A stretch of DNA of 64,000 bases from contig JBCNVO010000044.1 in the NCBI GenBank assembly GCA_039630105.1, forward strand, positions 9,304-73,303, given 5' to 3'. This DNA comes from Acidilobaceae archaeon (lineage in GTDB: Archaea; Thermoproteota; Thermoprotei_A; Sulfolobales; Acidilobaceae). A program made the translations under genes and the position numbers. Under the pieces are notes generated by a model. The model was not told the origin of the DNA and did not search any database. It saw only the letters and a program-made list of their open reading frames with translations. The number at the start of each line of letters is the position of its first letter. The first letter of the stretch is position 1. Positions 44,061-54,647 of this stretch are shown here, in pieces.

Positions 44061-46226
44061 TTGTCGAAGGAGAAGGTAAGAGAGGTGACGCTGCGGGTAG
44101 CAGAGGCGAAGCCCAAGGACTCGGGGAAGAAACGTATCAGGATAGACGTAGACATAATGAAGTACCTTGGCTTGGAGTCAGGAGACATAGCAGAAATAGA
44201 GGGGAAGAAGAAGACAGTTGCCATCGTTTGGCCTGCTCTGCCAGAGGACACTGGCCTAGAGGTCATCAGGATGGACGGGCTCATCAGGAAGAACGCGGGA
44301 GTTAACATAGGCGACAGGGTTGTGGTGAGGAAGGTTACTGCAAAGGCTGCAACGAGGGTGAAGCTAGCACCGACTACTTACATAGGGAACGACGAGTCCC
44401 TCAAGAGGCACGTGAAGAAGAGGTTGGTGGGAACCCCCGTAGTGGAGGGGGACATAGTTATTGTGCAGGTGATAGGTCAGGCCATCCAGCTCCAGGTGGT
44501 CGACGTGAGGCCAAGGGGGGCAGTGGTCATAACAGAGGAGTCCAATGTGGACGTGCTCGACAAGCCTGTCGCTGTCTCCTCGCCGAAGATCACTTACGAG
44601 GACATAGGGGGTCTCGCGCACGTAGTGGCAAGGGTAAGGGAGCTGGTGGAGCTCCCGCTGAGGTACCCAGAGTTGTTCAAGAGGCTGGGCATAGATCCGC
44701 CAAAGGGCATCTTGCTCTATGGCCCTCCTGGCACAGGCAAGACGCTCCTGGCAAAGGCTGTGGCGAACGAAGTGGACGCGCACTTCATCCCAGTTAACGG
44801 GCCAGAGATCATGAGCAAGTTCTACGGCGAGAGCGAGCAGAGGCTGAGGGAGATATTCAAGGAGGCCGAGGAGAAGGCTCCCTCCATCATATTCTTCGAC
44901 GAGATCGACGCCATAGCTCCGAAAAGGGAGGAGGTGACTGGGGAGGTAGAGAAGAGGGTTGTGGCTCAGCTCCTAACTCTCATGGACGGGCTTAAGGAGA
45001 GAGGTAAGGTAATAGTAATAGGCGCAACCAACAGGCCTGACGCAGTGGACCCGGCTCTCAGGAGGCCTGGGAGGTTCGACAGGGAGATAGAGATCAGGCC
45101 TCCTGACAAGGACGCGAGGGCTGAGATACTGAGGGTCCACACGAGGTACATGCCCCTCTCTGAGGACGTGGACATAGGCAAGATAGCTGAGATAACGCAT
45201 GGTTTCACAGGCGCAGACATAGCAGCCTTGGCAAAGGAGGCAGCCCTCTCGGCCCTGAGGCGTTTCGTGAGGTCCAGCGCTGTGGACCTCTCGAAAGTGG
45301 AGAAGGTGCCTGTCGAGATCCTGAGAGACCTCAAGGTCACAATGAACGACTTCACGGAGGCTATGAAGTTCGTGAGGCCCTCGCTCATAAGGGAGGTATA
45401 CGTGGAGGTCCCCAAGGTAAAGTGGGAGGACATTGGGGGGCTGGAGGAGGCAAAGCAGGAGCTGAGGGAGGCAGTGGAGTGGCCTCTGAAGCGCCCTGAG
45501 GTTTTCGAGAAAATGGGCATAAGGCCTCCCAAGGGCATTCTGCTCTACGGCCCGCCTGGCACCGGTAAGACGCTGCTTGCAAAGGCTGTGGCCACAGAGA
45601 GTGGGGCTAACTTCATAGCGATTAGGGGGCCAGAGGTGCTGAGCAAGTGGGTGGGGGAGAGCGAGAAGGCCGTGAGGAAGGTCTTCGAGAGGGCCAGGCA
45701 GGTAGCCCCAGCAGTCATATTCTTCGACGAGATAGATTCCATAGCCTCCACCAGGGGTTACAGGTTCGACTCTGGAGTTACGGACAGGGTGGTGAACCAG
45801 CTGCTCACTGAGATGGACGGGATACAGGCCTTCAAGAACGTAGTGGTCATGGCAGCGACGAACAGGGCAGAGCTTCTGGACACTGCCCTCCTGAGGCCAG
45901 GGAGGTTCGACAGGATCATATACGTGCCGCCCCCGGACAAGGCTGCTAGGAAGGAGATCTTCGAGATCCACTTGAGATCGGTGCCTTTGGCAGAGGACGT
46001 AGAGGTGGAGAAGCTCGCAGAGCTCACAGAGGGCTACACGGGGGCTGACATAGAGGCTGTGGTGAGGGAGGCAGTCATGCTCAAGCTGAGGGAACGCTTC
46101 GAGGCAGAGCCAGTGAAGATGGAGCACTTCATGGAGGCTCTAGGGAAGGTGAAGCCCAGCCTGACGAAGGAGGCGGCAGCCAGATACGAGAGGACCTATC
46201 AGGAGCTCAAGAGAGTTATAGGCTAG
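44061..46226 (+). CDS. cdc48: CDC48/VCP-like AAA+ ATPase
   Basis: 721 aa. N-terminal double-psi barrel region, then two AAA modules each with GPPGTGKT and DEID Walker motifs. Confidence 0.95.
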   Translation: MSKEKVREVTLRVAEAKPKDSGKKRIRIDVDIMKYLGLESGDIAEIEGKKKTVAIVWPALPEDTGLEVIRMDGLIRKNAGVNIGDRVVVRKVTAKAATRVKLAPTTYIGNDESLKRHVKKRLVGTPVVEGDIVIVQVIGQAIQLQVVDVRPRGAVVITEESNVDVLDKPVAVSSPKITYEDIGGLAHVVARVRELVELPLRYPELFKRLGIDPPKGILLYGPPGTGKTLLAKAVANEVDAHFIPVNGPEIMSKFYGESEQRLREIFKEAEEKAPSIIFFDEIDAIAPKREEVTGEVEKRVVAQLLTLMDGLKERGKVIVIGATNRPDAVDPALRRPGRFDREIEIRPPDKDARAEILRVHTRYMPLSEDVDIGKIAEITHGFTGADIAALAKEAALSALRRFVRSSAVDLSKVEKVPVEILRDLKVTMNDFTEAMKFVRPSLIREVYVEVPKVKWEDIGGLEEAKQELREAVEWPLKRPEVFEKMGIRPPKGILLYGPPGTGKTLLAKAVATESGANFIAIRGPEVLSKWVGESEKAVRKVFERARQVAPAVIFFDEIDSIASTRGYRFDSGVTDRVVNQLLTEMDGIQAFKNVVVMAATNRAELLDTALLRPGRFDRIIYVPPPDKAARKEIFEIHLRSVPLAEDVEVEKLAELTEGYTGADIEAVVREAVMLKLRERFEAEPVKMEHFMEALGKVKPSLTKEAAARYERTYQELKRVIG

Positions 46227-47854
46227 AGCCTAGCCAGATACACTTTCTCCCTCCCCAGCGTAACTCCCTCTTGAGGCGAGTACTCTTCTGGGAGCACGGC
46301 GCAGTCAACGTACGAGAGCTTGTAGAGTATCTCTGCTGTCTCTGCCCTCGATACCTCCACCTTCCTCCCCTCGTAGAGCTCTGAGTAGACATCGTAGACT
46401 GCTGCGAGCCTACACTCGCCTTTGCTCACGAGAAGGATCCTCCTCTCCACCTCCTTCAGCACCTCCCCCACATAACCTGCCCTGGAGCTGGAGACTAGGA
46501 GATTGCCTGAGCCTCTCAACACAGTTACTGTCCTGAACCTCTCTTTCCCTCCTGGGTATATGATCTTGTTCCCATATTGGGAGAGGTCGATGAGCCTCGT
46601 GTCCACGAGAGACACTATTGACTCCTCTGGCGCCTGGACCTGTAGTGCCTTGAGCTTGGAAAAGGCCTCCAGCAGCTTCCCAGATTCTACAGAGGAGTGC
46701 GCGTTTGCCTTTGGAAGGCTCGCTATGGAGTAGCTCTCCACTGCCACTGGGTATCCCAGCAGGCCTTCTCCCGTCTTAATTGTGGCCAGAGGGAGGTAGA
46801 GCCTCCTCCTGGGGTCTAGCCTAACGTTGGTCCCCAGCAGCACCTCCACGCTCCTCTCCTCTGCTGCCGCTGGAAGTCCCAGGGAGTCCAGGAGGCCCAT
46901 GACGAAGGAGTTCATGACGTTCACTGCGGCCCTCGGGTTACCAGGGAGACCTATCACGAGGCTCCATCCTACAGTGCTCACTATCGTGGGCTTGCCAGGC
47001 TTTACCCTCAGTCCTCTCACCAGCACCTGACCCATGGAAGCCAGCACCTTCGGCAAGACGTCTCCCGTGCCGAGGCTGGTGCTGCCGCTAGCTATCACTA
47101 CGTCGCTCCCCTTAGCTCTCCCCAGCGCTCTCTCCACATCCTGCTCTGTGTCCTCTACGATGCCAAGGTCAGCTACCTCGTACCCTAGCGAGGACATGAG
47201 GGAGGCTATGTAGTGTCTGTTGGCATCGTACGTCTTCCCCGCCGCGATCGGGCTCCCCGGCTCCAGGAGCTCCCTACCAATGCTGAACACTGCCACCTTC
47301 GGCTTCCGAGAGGCCAAGACTTTGTCCACGCCTAGAGATGCGAGGGAGGCGACAGAGACTGGAGTGATCCTAGAGCTGCGGTGGAGGACCACGTCGCCGC
47401 TGGAGACGTCGGTGGCAGGAAGGGCCATTCCGTCGCCGAGAGAGGGAGGCTCTCGGATCGTCACGAGATCTCCTACCACCTCTACGCTCTCTAGGGGCAC
47501 TACGGCCTCAGCCCCTGGCGGGACTATGGAGCCCGTGTCCACATACGCGCACTCTCCTCTCCCTATCCTAGGGGGGATCCCCTCCCCGATAGCCTGCCTG
47601 AAGGCAAGCCTCAGCGTCATGGGCCTCTGGGGGGAGGCATGCGCTAGGTCCAGGAGAGAGACTGCATAGCCGTCAAGCGTCGAGCGTGGCAGGGGAGGGA
47701 GAGGCATGGGTGCCCTCACGTCCTCTGCCAGCAGCCTGCCGTGAAGGGCTGAGAGGGGGACCCTCTCAGGGTCTCTCAGGAGGGACTCAACTATTCTCCT
47801 CCCCACTGCCCTCCTTACTCTCTCGACAGCCTGCGCTGGCTCCAGGAGTTCCAT
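46223..47854 (-). CDS. moeA: MoeA-family molybdopterin molybdo/tungsto-transferase paralogue with a ~140-aa uncharacterised C-terminal extension
   Basis: 543 aa. Blocks [30 protein letters not shown] and KPGKP. I recognise nothing in the last ~140 aa. Confidence 0.8.
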   Translation of the reverse strand: MELLEPAQAVERVRRAVGRRIVESLLRDPERVPLSALHGRLLAEDVRAPMPLPPLPRSTLDGYAVSLLDLAHASPQRPMTLRLAFRQAIGEGIPPRIGRGECAYVDTGSIVPPGAEAVVPLESVEVVGDLVTIREPPSLGDGMALPATDVSSGDVVLHRSSRITPVSVASLASLGVDKVLASRKPKVAVFSIGRELLEPGSPIAAGKTYDANRHYIASLMSSLGYEVADLGIVEDTEQDVERALGRAKGSDVVIASGSTSLGTGDVLPKVLASMGQVLVRGLRVKPGKPTIVSTVGWSLVIGLPGNPRAAVNVMNSFVMGLLDSLGLPAAAEERSVEVLLGTNVRLDPRRRLYLPLATIKTGEGLLGYPVAVESYSIASLPKANAHSSVESGKLLEAFSKLKALQVQAPEESIVSLVDTRLIDLSQYGNKIIYPGGKERFRTVTVLRGSGNLLVSSSRAGYVGEVLKEVERRILLVSKGECRLAAVYDVYSELYEGRKVEVSRAETAEILYKLSYVDCAVLPEEYSPQEGVTLGREKVYLARL

Positions 47855-47885
47855 GCCCTACCTACTCTCCCCTCTCCTTCAGTGC

Positions 47886-47893
47886 ATATATAA
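47886..47893 (+). promoter_or_regulatory. TATA box (ATATATAA) upstream of tatC
   Basis: Lies 31 nt upstream of the ATG at 47925. Confidence 0.5.
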
Positions 47894-47924
47894 GACCTTC
47901 TGAACGTTTCCCATCGCTAGGACC

Positions 47925-48713
47925 ATGGGCAAAGAGGCCACTATATGGGAGCACCTGGAGGAGCTGTTGATAAGGCTCAGGAAAGCCCTCATAGTTTTTG
48001 CCCTGGCGACCCTGATCGTCCCCTTCCTCCCAGTGAGCCTCTCCTCCTACGAGCCCCTCGTCTACAGAGTGCCGAGGACTCTCATAGATCACACTGTGCC
48101 GGACAAGATAGAGGTTTTCGGGAAGGAGGTGGAGGTGAAGCTCTCCCAGACCAGCCCCTTCGGAGGCCTGAAGATCTTGCTCTACTCTGCCCTGCTCATA
48201 GGGTTCCTTGTCTCCAGCCCCTACATTGCCTACCAGCTCTACGCCTTCATAGAGCCTGCCCTCTACCCAAGGGAGAAGAGGTGGTTGTTGTTCGGGGGCT
48301 TTGCCGCAGTGATCCTCTTCGTTGTCGGAGCCTCCCTAGCTCTGCTAGTAGTTCTCCCCTTCACCTACAGGATCATGTTCATCCTCTCATACCTGGTGGT
48401 GGGGGACATGCTGATAGCCTTCGCAGATCCTGTGGACATAATGTCCTCTGCGCTGTTCATAACTGTCGCGACAGGACTGGCCTTCGAGATACCCCTCCTG
48501 ATCTTCATCCTCGTCTACCTCGACATAATCAGGGTGAGCTCCATAAACAGTCCCTACCTTCGTTACCTTCTGCTCTTCTCTGCCATAATTGCTGCCCTGA
48601 TAAGCCCAGACCCTTCAGGGATCGGGATGATAATTATGCTAGTCCCCTACTTCTCCCTGATAATAGGGGCTGTGTTGCTGGCTAACTTTCTGAAGGGGCG
48701 CTCCCGCCCTTGA
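47925..48713 (+). CDS. tatC: Sec-independent (Tat) protein translocase subunit TatC
   Basis: 262 aa with 6 TM segments. Blocks [36 protein letters not shown] and ISPDPSG. Confidence 0.85.
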   Translation: MGKEATIWEHLEELLIRLRKALIVFALATLIVPFLPVSLSSYEPLVYRVPRTLIDHTVPDKIEVFGKEVEVKLSQTSPFGGLKILLYSALLIGFLVSSPYIAYQLYAFIEPALYPREKRWLLFGGFAAVILFVVGASLALLVVLPFTYRIMFILSYLVVGDMLIAFADPVDIMSSALFITVATGLAFEIPLLIFILVYLDIIRVSSINSPYLRYLLLFSAIIAALISPDPSGIGMIIMLVPYFSLIIGAVLLANFLKGRSRP

Positions 48714-49218
48714 GCGACTTGATCACGATCCTCATGGGCAGCGGCACCTTCCTTGCCCCCCTCCTCAGCGCCTCCTTGATCTTGTCCTCGCTCCCTGCCC
48801 TCCCCCACACGTCTATCACCACCTGCCCTACGTTCACCCTCGCTGCTGTCCCTATGGGCTTCCCGAAGGCCAGCCTCATGCCGTCCTGGAGCCTGTCAGC
48901 GCCAGCGAAGGCCATCATCTTGTTCTCCCTCAGCACGTGGTGCGGGTAGACGCGGATCCTCATGTAGTAGTTTGCCTCCCCGAGCAGGGTCGTGAGGGTC
49001 TTGTTGACCATTATCCTCGCTGCCTCCAAGGCGTTGTGCCTCACGTTTCCTGACTCGAGAGCAATCAGTTCCCCTTTCACCTCCCCCTCCTCCATGAGGG
49101 CTCTGTTGCCCATCTCGAACTTGGTTATCTTCGGCATCGGCACGCCAGGCACGTACTCCTTCCTCGTGTAGGGCGGGCCGCTGAAGTGTGTGTAGCACCT
49201 TGCAGGCCTAAGGGGCAT
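48682..49218 (-). CDS. rpl10e: 50S ribosomal protein L10e (uL16)
   Basis: [22 protein letters not shown]... is a typical L10e N-terminus. The start is taken at the second ATG (49218). The 3' end overlaps tatC convergently. Confidence 0.9.
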   Translation of the reverse strand: MPLRPARCYTHFSGPPYTRKEYVPGVPMPKITKFEMGNRALMEEGEVKGELIALESGNVRHNALEAARIMVNKTLTTLLGEANYYMRIRVYPHHVLRENKMMAFAGADRLQDGMRLAFGKPIGTAARVNVGQVVIDVWGRAGSEDKIKEALRRGARKVPLPMRIVIKSLKGGSAPSES

Positions 49219-50194
49219 GCCTCTCACCTCCCATGGCGCTCTCTCTGAGGCTTAAAAGCGGAGAAGTGGCATATGGAGGAGAGGAAATGTCCAGCTCCTC
49301 CATGAGCTCGCAGAGCTTGCATATGCTCCTGCCTGGAGCTGTGGGGGCACCGCACCTGGAGCACTTGCTTACCCTCTCCTCCCCTGGCATCAGCAGCTCG
49401 TCGAGCAGCTCGAGAGCTCGGAACAGGGCCCCAGGGCTCCTCCTCTCCAGCCTGTAGAGCTCCCCCCTGAGCCTTGCCCTAAGCGTAGGGTGCTCAGATA
49501 TGTACATACACTCTACCCGCTGGAAGGGGAAGTTCCTTATCATAGCGTAGGTCGCAGACTCCCACTCGTATATCTTCCTCAACGGCTTCACCCTCTTTAC
49601 TCCTGCGCCTTTGCTCAAGGGGTGGAGCCTCATGAGGCCTGCCAGATCCCCCCTCAAGATGTTCATGATCGCTGTCTGCACCTCGTCGTCCAGGTTGTGG
49701 GCTGTGGCCAGCTTGTCCGCCCCCAGCTCCTCTGCCACACTGCTCATGATCCTTCGCCGAGCTACGCCACAAAAGGTGCAGGCAGAGGTGCTGCTCCCCC
49801 TAGCCCTAGCTTCCCTCACCATATCGTGAACGCTGAGCCCAGCGAAGTTCTTCACCCTCACCACCAGGAGCTCCACTCCGTAGCCCCTTGCCACCTCCCT
49901 CAACCTTGCCACGTCCTCCTCCCTGTTATATCCAGGAATCCCCTCCACTATCGAGAGGCCCACTAGTTTCGAGGGGTCGTGGAGGAGGGAGATGCTCTCG
50001 AGGAGGACGTAGCTGTCCTTCCCCCCGCTGAGGGCAAGGAGGACTCTGTCCCCAGGCTCTATCATATTCCACTTCTCGATCTCTGACTTTATCCTCGAGC
50101 GAACGTCCTCCAGGAAGCACTCTCTACAAATGGCTCTCGACCCGACTGGCTGGAAGACTGCTGCCTTTCTCGCGTTGCAAACGGGGCAGATCAT
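49208..50194 (-). CDS. PP-loop tRNA 2-thiolation ATPase (TtuA/NcsA-like) with N- and C-terminal Zn fingers
   Basis: 328 aa. CPVC...CRECF at the N-terminus, PP-loop SGGKDS, and C-terminal CSRCG...CKLC. Confidence 0.8.
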   Translation of the reverse strand: MICPVCNARKAAVFQPVGSRAICRECFLEDVRSRIKSEIEKWNMIEPGDRVLLALSGGKDSYVLLESISLLHDPSKLVGLSIVEGIPGYNREEDVARLREVARGYGVELLVVRVKNFAGLSVHDMVREARARGSSTSACTFCGVARRRIMSSVAEELGADKLATAHNLDDEVQTAIMNILRGDLAGLMRLHPLSKGAGVKRVKPLRKIYEWESATYAMIRNFPFQRVECMYISEHPTLRARLRGELYRLERRSPGALFRALELLDELLMPGEERVSKCSRCGAPTAPGRSICKLCELMEELDISSPPYATSPLLSLRESAMGGERHAP

Positions 50195-50217
50195 TAGGAT
50201 CGAGGATTCAGCACTCG

Positions 50218-53200
50218 ATGAGCTTATTATGCTTGCCTGCTTATAATTGGTGCCCTAGCGTGAGTTCTCCAGAAAGGAAACCTGCGCGTGACCCTTATCC
50301 ACTAGTGAAGGAGCTAGCGGAAAGGTTCAAGGAACACCCCTTCATAATTCCTTTCTATGACATGACAGACAAAGATATAGAGGTCTTTACTCACCAGCTA
50401 GAAGCCCTTGCCCTCGCAGCAGCTCGAAGTCCTCTGAGGTTCTTCTTGGCTGACGAGATAGGCCTCGGCAAAACCATAACAGCCATCTCTCTCATGAAAT
50501 TGCTCACAAGAGATAGGAGGAGGGCGCTGATTTTAGTGCCCAAGATCCTCATGCGTCAGTGGTGCCGCGAGCTCCTCAGGATGGGAATTAAAGACAGCAA
50601 ATATCTGAAGAGAACGGGGAAGGGGCTCTCCGCGTGTTCTTGCGAAGAGGACTCTATCTGTATCAACCTTCATAACGTGAGTGACGTTCTAGTCGCATCT
50701 ATGGACTTAGCGAAGAAGAAAGATGTCCACAAAGAACTGGGGAAGTTACTGAGAGAGAAGAATTGGAATCTTATTGTGGTAGATGAGGCCCACCGCCTCA
50801 GCTCCCATCCGCGTGCCACAGAGAGGTTCAGTATGATAGGGGAAAAGCTCGTGAAGGAATCGCCTCAAGCCAACGTGATCTTCCTTTCCGCGACCCCTCA
50901 CAGGGGGTATCAAGACGATTATGTGAATAGACTCTGGCTCCTCGACCCGGCTCTTGACGCAGAGAGGTTAAGGAAGGAGACAGACGACCAGGTACTAAAG
51001 GTATTCTACTCCGGTGTTCACAGAGCTCTCCTCCTCCGCAGAACGAGAAGGGATGTGAACCAATATGAGGGGAAGAAAATCTTCACGAACGCCCATTTCC
51101 AGTCCATACCAGTGAAGACGCAGGAGTTAGAGGAGCAGTTCATGGAAAAGCTTAGGGAGGCCCTGAAGAATCTCGTGAAGTTTGCCAACAAGTTCGAGAA
51201 AGAAAACAAACCCCATGCGAGAGCTATGCAGCTGTTAGCTGTCACCCTTTTCAAGAGAGCCTCTTCCAGCCCCAAGGCAGCGTTTCTAACCCTCACGCGC
51301 ATGAAAGACAAGAGAGAAAGTGCGGAAAGAGCTGCAAAGAAGGAAAATCTGGACGAGGAAATCAAGAATTTTGTAAGAAAAGTCGAGGGCGAGGTTTTCC
51401 CATACGAGGACATCGAGTGGGACGAGGGGGAGGAGGAGCTCGAGGAGAGCAGCATATACGATCAGATTGCTGAAAAGGGTATGACAAGCATATATGCTAT
51501 GAACGAGAGAGAAGGAGGGCGCATAATCGAGAACATTATACAACTCAAAGGAATTTTAGAGGAGCTAGAGAAGGGCGACTCGAAGCTCAGAGAACTGATC
51601 AAGCTAATCGAGAAGGAGAGGAATAGTGGGGCTAGTAAGATAATAATCTTCACGGAATTCAAGGACACGCTGGACTATCTGAGGGAGCGTCTCCCATGGG
51701 GAGATAACGTACTGACCCTCAGCTCTGAAGAGGCTCGCAGTTCTGGCAAGCTGCGCGACATAACGCAGAAGTTCGCCAATGATGATAAGTACTGGCTCCT
51801 CATTTCCACAGACGTAGCGTCAGAGGGAGTTAACCTTCAGGTTGCCAATGTGCTCATAAACTACGAAGTACCGTGGAGCATGGTCAAACTGGTACAGAGG
51901 GTAGGGAGGATCTGGAGGTTAGGGCAGAAGAGGGACGTCAAGATCTATTTTATGTTCCTCGATACGAAATCTGACAGAGCAGCCTGGGAGAAGGTCTATG
52001 AGAAAGTACTCGAGGCGAAGAGGGCTGGCATCCGTACAGAGCTCTCAGAGGAGGCCCTCCTAAGGTTCCAGAGCCTCACGTCGCGGCTTACATCGCACGA
52101 CGATATGTCCTCGGAGTTCAAACTCATCCTAACGTATCTCGAGGGCGGCGAGGAGGAGCTAGAGAGGTCAGTGGACAAATCTCTCGGGGATTTAGACAGG
52201 GACATAGAATTCGCAAAGAGAGCCATAATGCGGGAAAGCATGGATCCGGGGGAAGTTCAGGAGCTAATGTATAGGGCTTTTGGATTCCCCACCTCTGAAG
52301 AGCTCAAGAACTCTATGGAAAAGCTCACAAAGCTGATAGGAGGCTACGAGGAAGGGAACCCAGTAAAGGTGCTCTACAGCAAGTTTGGGACCTCGCCTAG
52401 AGACTCGAGCACGAGGAAAGACTTCCTACACGTGAGGAGCAGTGCAGACATCGGGAAAGTATGGCTCACAGAGATGATAGTTAAGACGAGGGATGGGAAG
52501 ATCCTGTACCGCCAGCCTCTCGCTATAACTGAAGGGAAGATCCTGAAGGGGAGGGACCTCATAGAGATGGTCGCGAAGGCTATGGGAGGGAAACACGAGA
52601 TCAGGAGGGAGCATGAAATCAGTGAGGAGCGGGAAAGACTCGCTAGAGAAAGGGAGGCAGTGAAGAGTCAGCTGGAGGGAGAGGTGAGGGAGCTTCTGAA
52701 AAGGGAGGTAGAGGAACTTCTAGAGCCGCTGAGGAGATACGGGGAGAATATGACAAACGTAAGAGGGAGCTCTCTGACAATGTCTGAAGAACCCGACGTA
52801 GAGATCGCTGAGCCCTTCGCAGTCATAGAGCACGGAGAGATAGAGGAGGAAGAGGCCATCGATGTCTTTGAGGAGCTGAAGAAGATGATAACTAGGGAGC
52901 CAATGAGCCCAGAAGTCTTGGGGGAGAGGCTGATGGAGCTCAGAGAGAGGGGAGCAAAGGCGGAGTCAATTTTCAGGGCCTTCGAGACCATGGTAGAAAG
53001 GATGGGCGACCTAGGGAGAGCACTAAAGGAGAGCTTTGGGAGCAAGAAAGAGATAGATGAGAGCCTCAAGAGAGAGATCGAGAGGAAGGCGATAGAGGCA
53101 GTCATGAAGTACGAGAGGGAACACGGAAGGGAGCCCAGGGACGTCTCTCTGGAGCCCTGCTCAGAGGAGAGGTGCTACGACGTGGAGAGCTGGCAGGGAG

Positions 53201-53463
53201 GGGAGCTAGTGAGGAAGATAGAGGTGAAGGGGCACATGGGGGATGAGCTAGTGGCGGAGCTCACTGAGAACGAAATGAGGGAGGCGGAGAGGTCAGGGAA
53301 AAAGTACTGGATATACATAGTGACTGGGGCATGCCTGGCAGAGAACTGCAGGGAGTTGGAGATTCATGAGTTCCCGGATCCCCTCAACATGATGGAGGTA
53401 AAGGAATTGACGAGGTTGGTAAAGAGGTACGAGCTGAGGCCCAAGAGCTCCCCAGATCAATAA
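50218..53463 (+). CDS. SNF2-family (RapA/HepA-like) SF2 helicase fused to a C-terminal DUF3883-like PD-(D/E)xK nuclease-fold domain
   Basis: 1081 aa. Helicase motifs DEIGLGKT (aa 79-86), VVDEAH (187-192), LSATP (223-227), IIIFTEF (475-481), STDVASEGVNLQ (530-541) and QRVGRIWRLGQ (560-570). C-terminus: CYDVES...RKIEVKG...YWIYIVT. The central part has visibly lower G+C than the neighbours. The start is uncertain (in-frame GTGs at 50260 and 50305). Confidence 0.8.
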   Translation: MSLLCLPAYNWCPSVSSPERKPARDPYPLVKELAERFKEHPFIIPFYDMTDKDIEVFTHQLEALALAAARSPLRFFLADEIGLGKTITAISLMKLLTRDRRRALILVPKILMRQWCRELLRMGIKDSKYLKRTGKGLSACSCEEDSICINLHNVSDVLVASMDLAKKKDVHKELGKLLREKNWNLIVVDEAHRLSSHPRATERFSMIGEKLVKESPQANVIFLSATPHRGYQDDYVNRLWLLDPALDAERLRKETDDQVLKVFYSGVHRALLLRRTRRDVNQYEGKKIFTNAHFQSIPVKTQELEEQFMEKLREALKNLVKFANKFEKENKPHARAMQLLAVTLFKRASSSPKAAFLTLTRMKDKRESAERAAKKENLDEEIKNFVRKVEGEVFPYEDIEWDEGEEELEESSIYDQIAEKGMTSIYAMNEREGGRIIENIIQLKGILEELEKGDSKLRELIKLIEKERNSGASKIIIFTEFKDTLDYLRERLPWGDNVLTLSSEEARSSGKLRDITQKFANDDKYWLLISTDVASEGVNLQVANVLINYEVPWSMVKLVQRVGRIWRLGQKRDVKIYFMFLDTKSDRAAWEKVYEKVLEAKRAGIRTELSEEALLRFQSLTSRLTSHDDMSSEFKLILTYLEGGEEELERSVDKSLGDLDRDIEFAKRAIMRESMDPGEVQELMYRAFGFPTSEELKNSMEKLTKLIGGYEEGNPVKVLYSKFGTSPRDSSTRKDFLHVRSSADIGKVWLTEMIVKTRDGKILYRQPLAITEGKILKGRDLIEMVAKAMGGKHEIRREHEISEERERLAREREAVKSQLEGEVRELLKREVEELLEPLRRYGENMTNVRGSSLTMSEEPDVEIAEPFAVIEHGEIEEEEAIDVFEELKKMITREPMSPEVLGERLMELRERGAKAESIFRAFETMVERMGDLGRALKESFGSKKEIDESLKREIERKAIEAVMKYEREHGREPRDVSLEPCSEERCYDVESWQGGELVRKIEVKGHMGDELVAELTENEMREAERSGKKYWIYIVTGACLAENCRELEIHEFPDPLNMMEVKELTRLVKRYELRPKSSPDQ

Positions 53464-53468
53464 CCTTC

Positions 53469-53476
53469 TTTATTAA
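53469..53476 (+). promoter_or_regulatory. TATA-like box (TTTATTAA) upstream of the acyl-CoA dehydrogenase gene
   Basis: Lies 31 nt upstream of the ATG at 53508, directly after the helicase stop. Confidence 0.5.
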
Positions 53477-53507
53477 TGCCCAGCCTGCCTCCCTTGGGAA
53501 GAGATCT

Positions 53508-54647
53508 ATGGGCGGGGACATAGAGTCCATAAGGGCGAGCACGAGGGAGTTTGCAGAGAGGAGGCTGAGAGGAGTTGCGAAGCTCATAGATGAGAGGAAC
53601 GCTGTGCCAGAGGAGATCCTGAGGGAGGTAGCAGAGATGGGCTATTTCTCGCTCAAGGTGCCAGAGGAGTACGGCGGTCCAGGCCTTTCTGTTCTGGAGA
53701 GCGCAGTAGCGATAGAGGAGCTCTCCAGGGTCTCGAGCGCCGTGGGCATTATGGCCACTGTGAGCGGGACCATGGTGCCCTACCCGATCGCAAGGTACGG
53801 CACCCCTGAGCAGAAGGAGAGGTACTTGAGCATCCTTGCCAAGGGCGGCATTGGAGCTTTCGCCCTCTCTGAGCCCTGTTGCGGGAGCGACGCTGCTTCG
53901 ATAGCCACGAGGGCTACGCTAGAGGGGGACGAGATAGTCATAGAGGGCACAAAGACCTACATAACGAATGCTCCCTACGCAGACTTCTTCCTCGTGGCAG
54001 TGAGGACAGGGAGGGAGGAGGACAGGCACAAGGGCATATCCCTCGTGATCCTCGACAGATCTCCTTGCATGAAGATGTCCAAGCTCGAGATGATGGGCTA
54101 CAGGGGGAGCGGCACCTCAGAGCTCAGGCTGGAGGAGTGCAGGACGAGCAAGGAGAACCTGATAGGGGAGCTGAACACGGGCTTCAAGAAGATCATGATG
54201 ACGCTGAACGAAGGTAGAGTGACTACTGCGGCAACGGGGCTAGGGATAATGCAGGCTGCCTTCGAGGAGGCCTTCAGCTATGCTAGGCAGAGGACCAGCA
54301 TGGGGGTGCCCATAATAGAGCACCAGATGGTGCAGCACCTCCTCGCAGAGATGAACGTCCTACTCGAGACCTCAAGGCTCATAGTTTACGAGGCTGCAAG
54401 GAGGCTGGACGCAGAGGACCCTGAGATCGCTAGGTACGCCAGCATAGCGAAGCTGTTCACAGCCAGCAGGGGGGTGGACTTGGTCAGGATGGCCATGCAG
54501 GTCATGGGAGGGGTGGGCTACAGCAAGGACAGCACCGTGGAGAGGCTCTACAGGGACATAAAGATGATAGAGATAGGCGATGGAACTAACGAGATACAGC
54601 GTATGGTCATAGTGAGGAGCCTGCTGGGGAAGATAAGGGCTGACTAA
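53508..54647 (+). CDS. acyl-CoA dehydrogenase
   Basis: 379 aa. Blocks ALSEPCCGSDAAS, TKTYITNAP and IGDGTNEIQRMVI. Confidence 0.9.
   Translation: MGGDIESIRASTREFAERRLRGVAKLIDERNAVPEEILREVAEMGYFSLKVPEEYGGPGLSVLESAVAIEELSRVSSAVGIMATVSGTMVPYPIARYGTPEQKERYLSILAKGGIGAFALSEPCCGSDAASIATRATLEGDEIVIEGTKTYITNAPYADFFLVAVRTGREEDRHKGISLVILDRSPCMKMSKLEMMGYRGSGTSELRLEECRTSKENLIGELNTGFKKIMMTLNEGRVTTAATGLGIMQAAFEEAFSYARQRTSMGVPIIEHQMVQHLLAEMNVLLETSRLIVYEAARRLDAEDPEIARYASIAKLFTASRGVDLVRMAMQVMGGVGYSKDSTVERLYRDIKMIEIGDGTNEIQRMVIVRSLLGKIRAD

Noticed and set aside
50187-53459. 7-nt direct repeat CAGATCA at both edges of the helicase gene (50187-50193 and 53453-53459), considered as a possible target-site duplication.
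   Set aside because: Both copies lie inside coding sequence (the ncsA start region and the helicase 3' end). A 7-mer match within such search windows is expected by chance at an appreciable rate. There is no integrase or att-like context.
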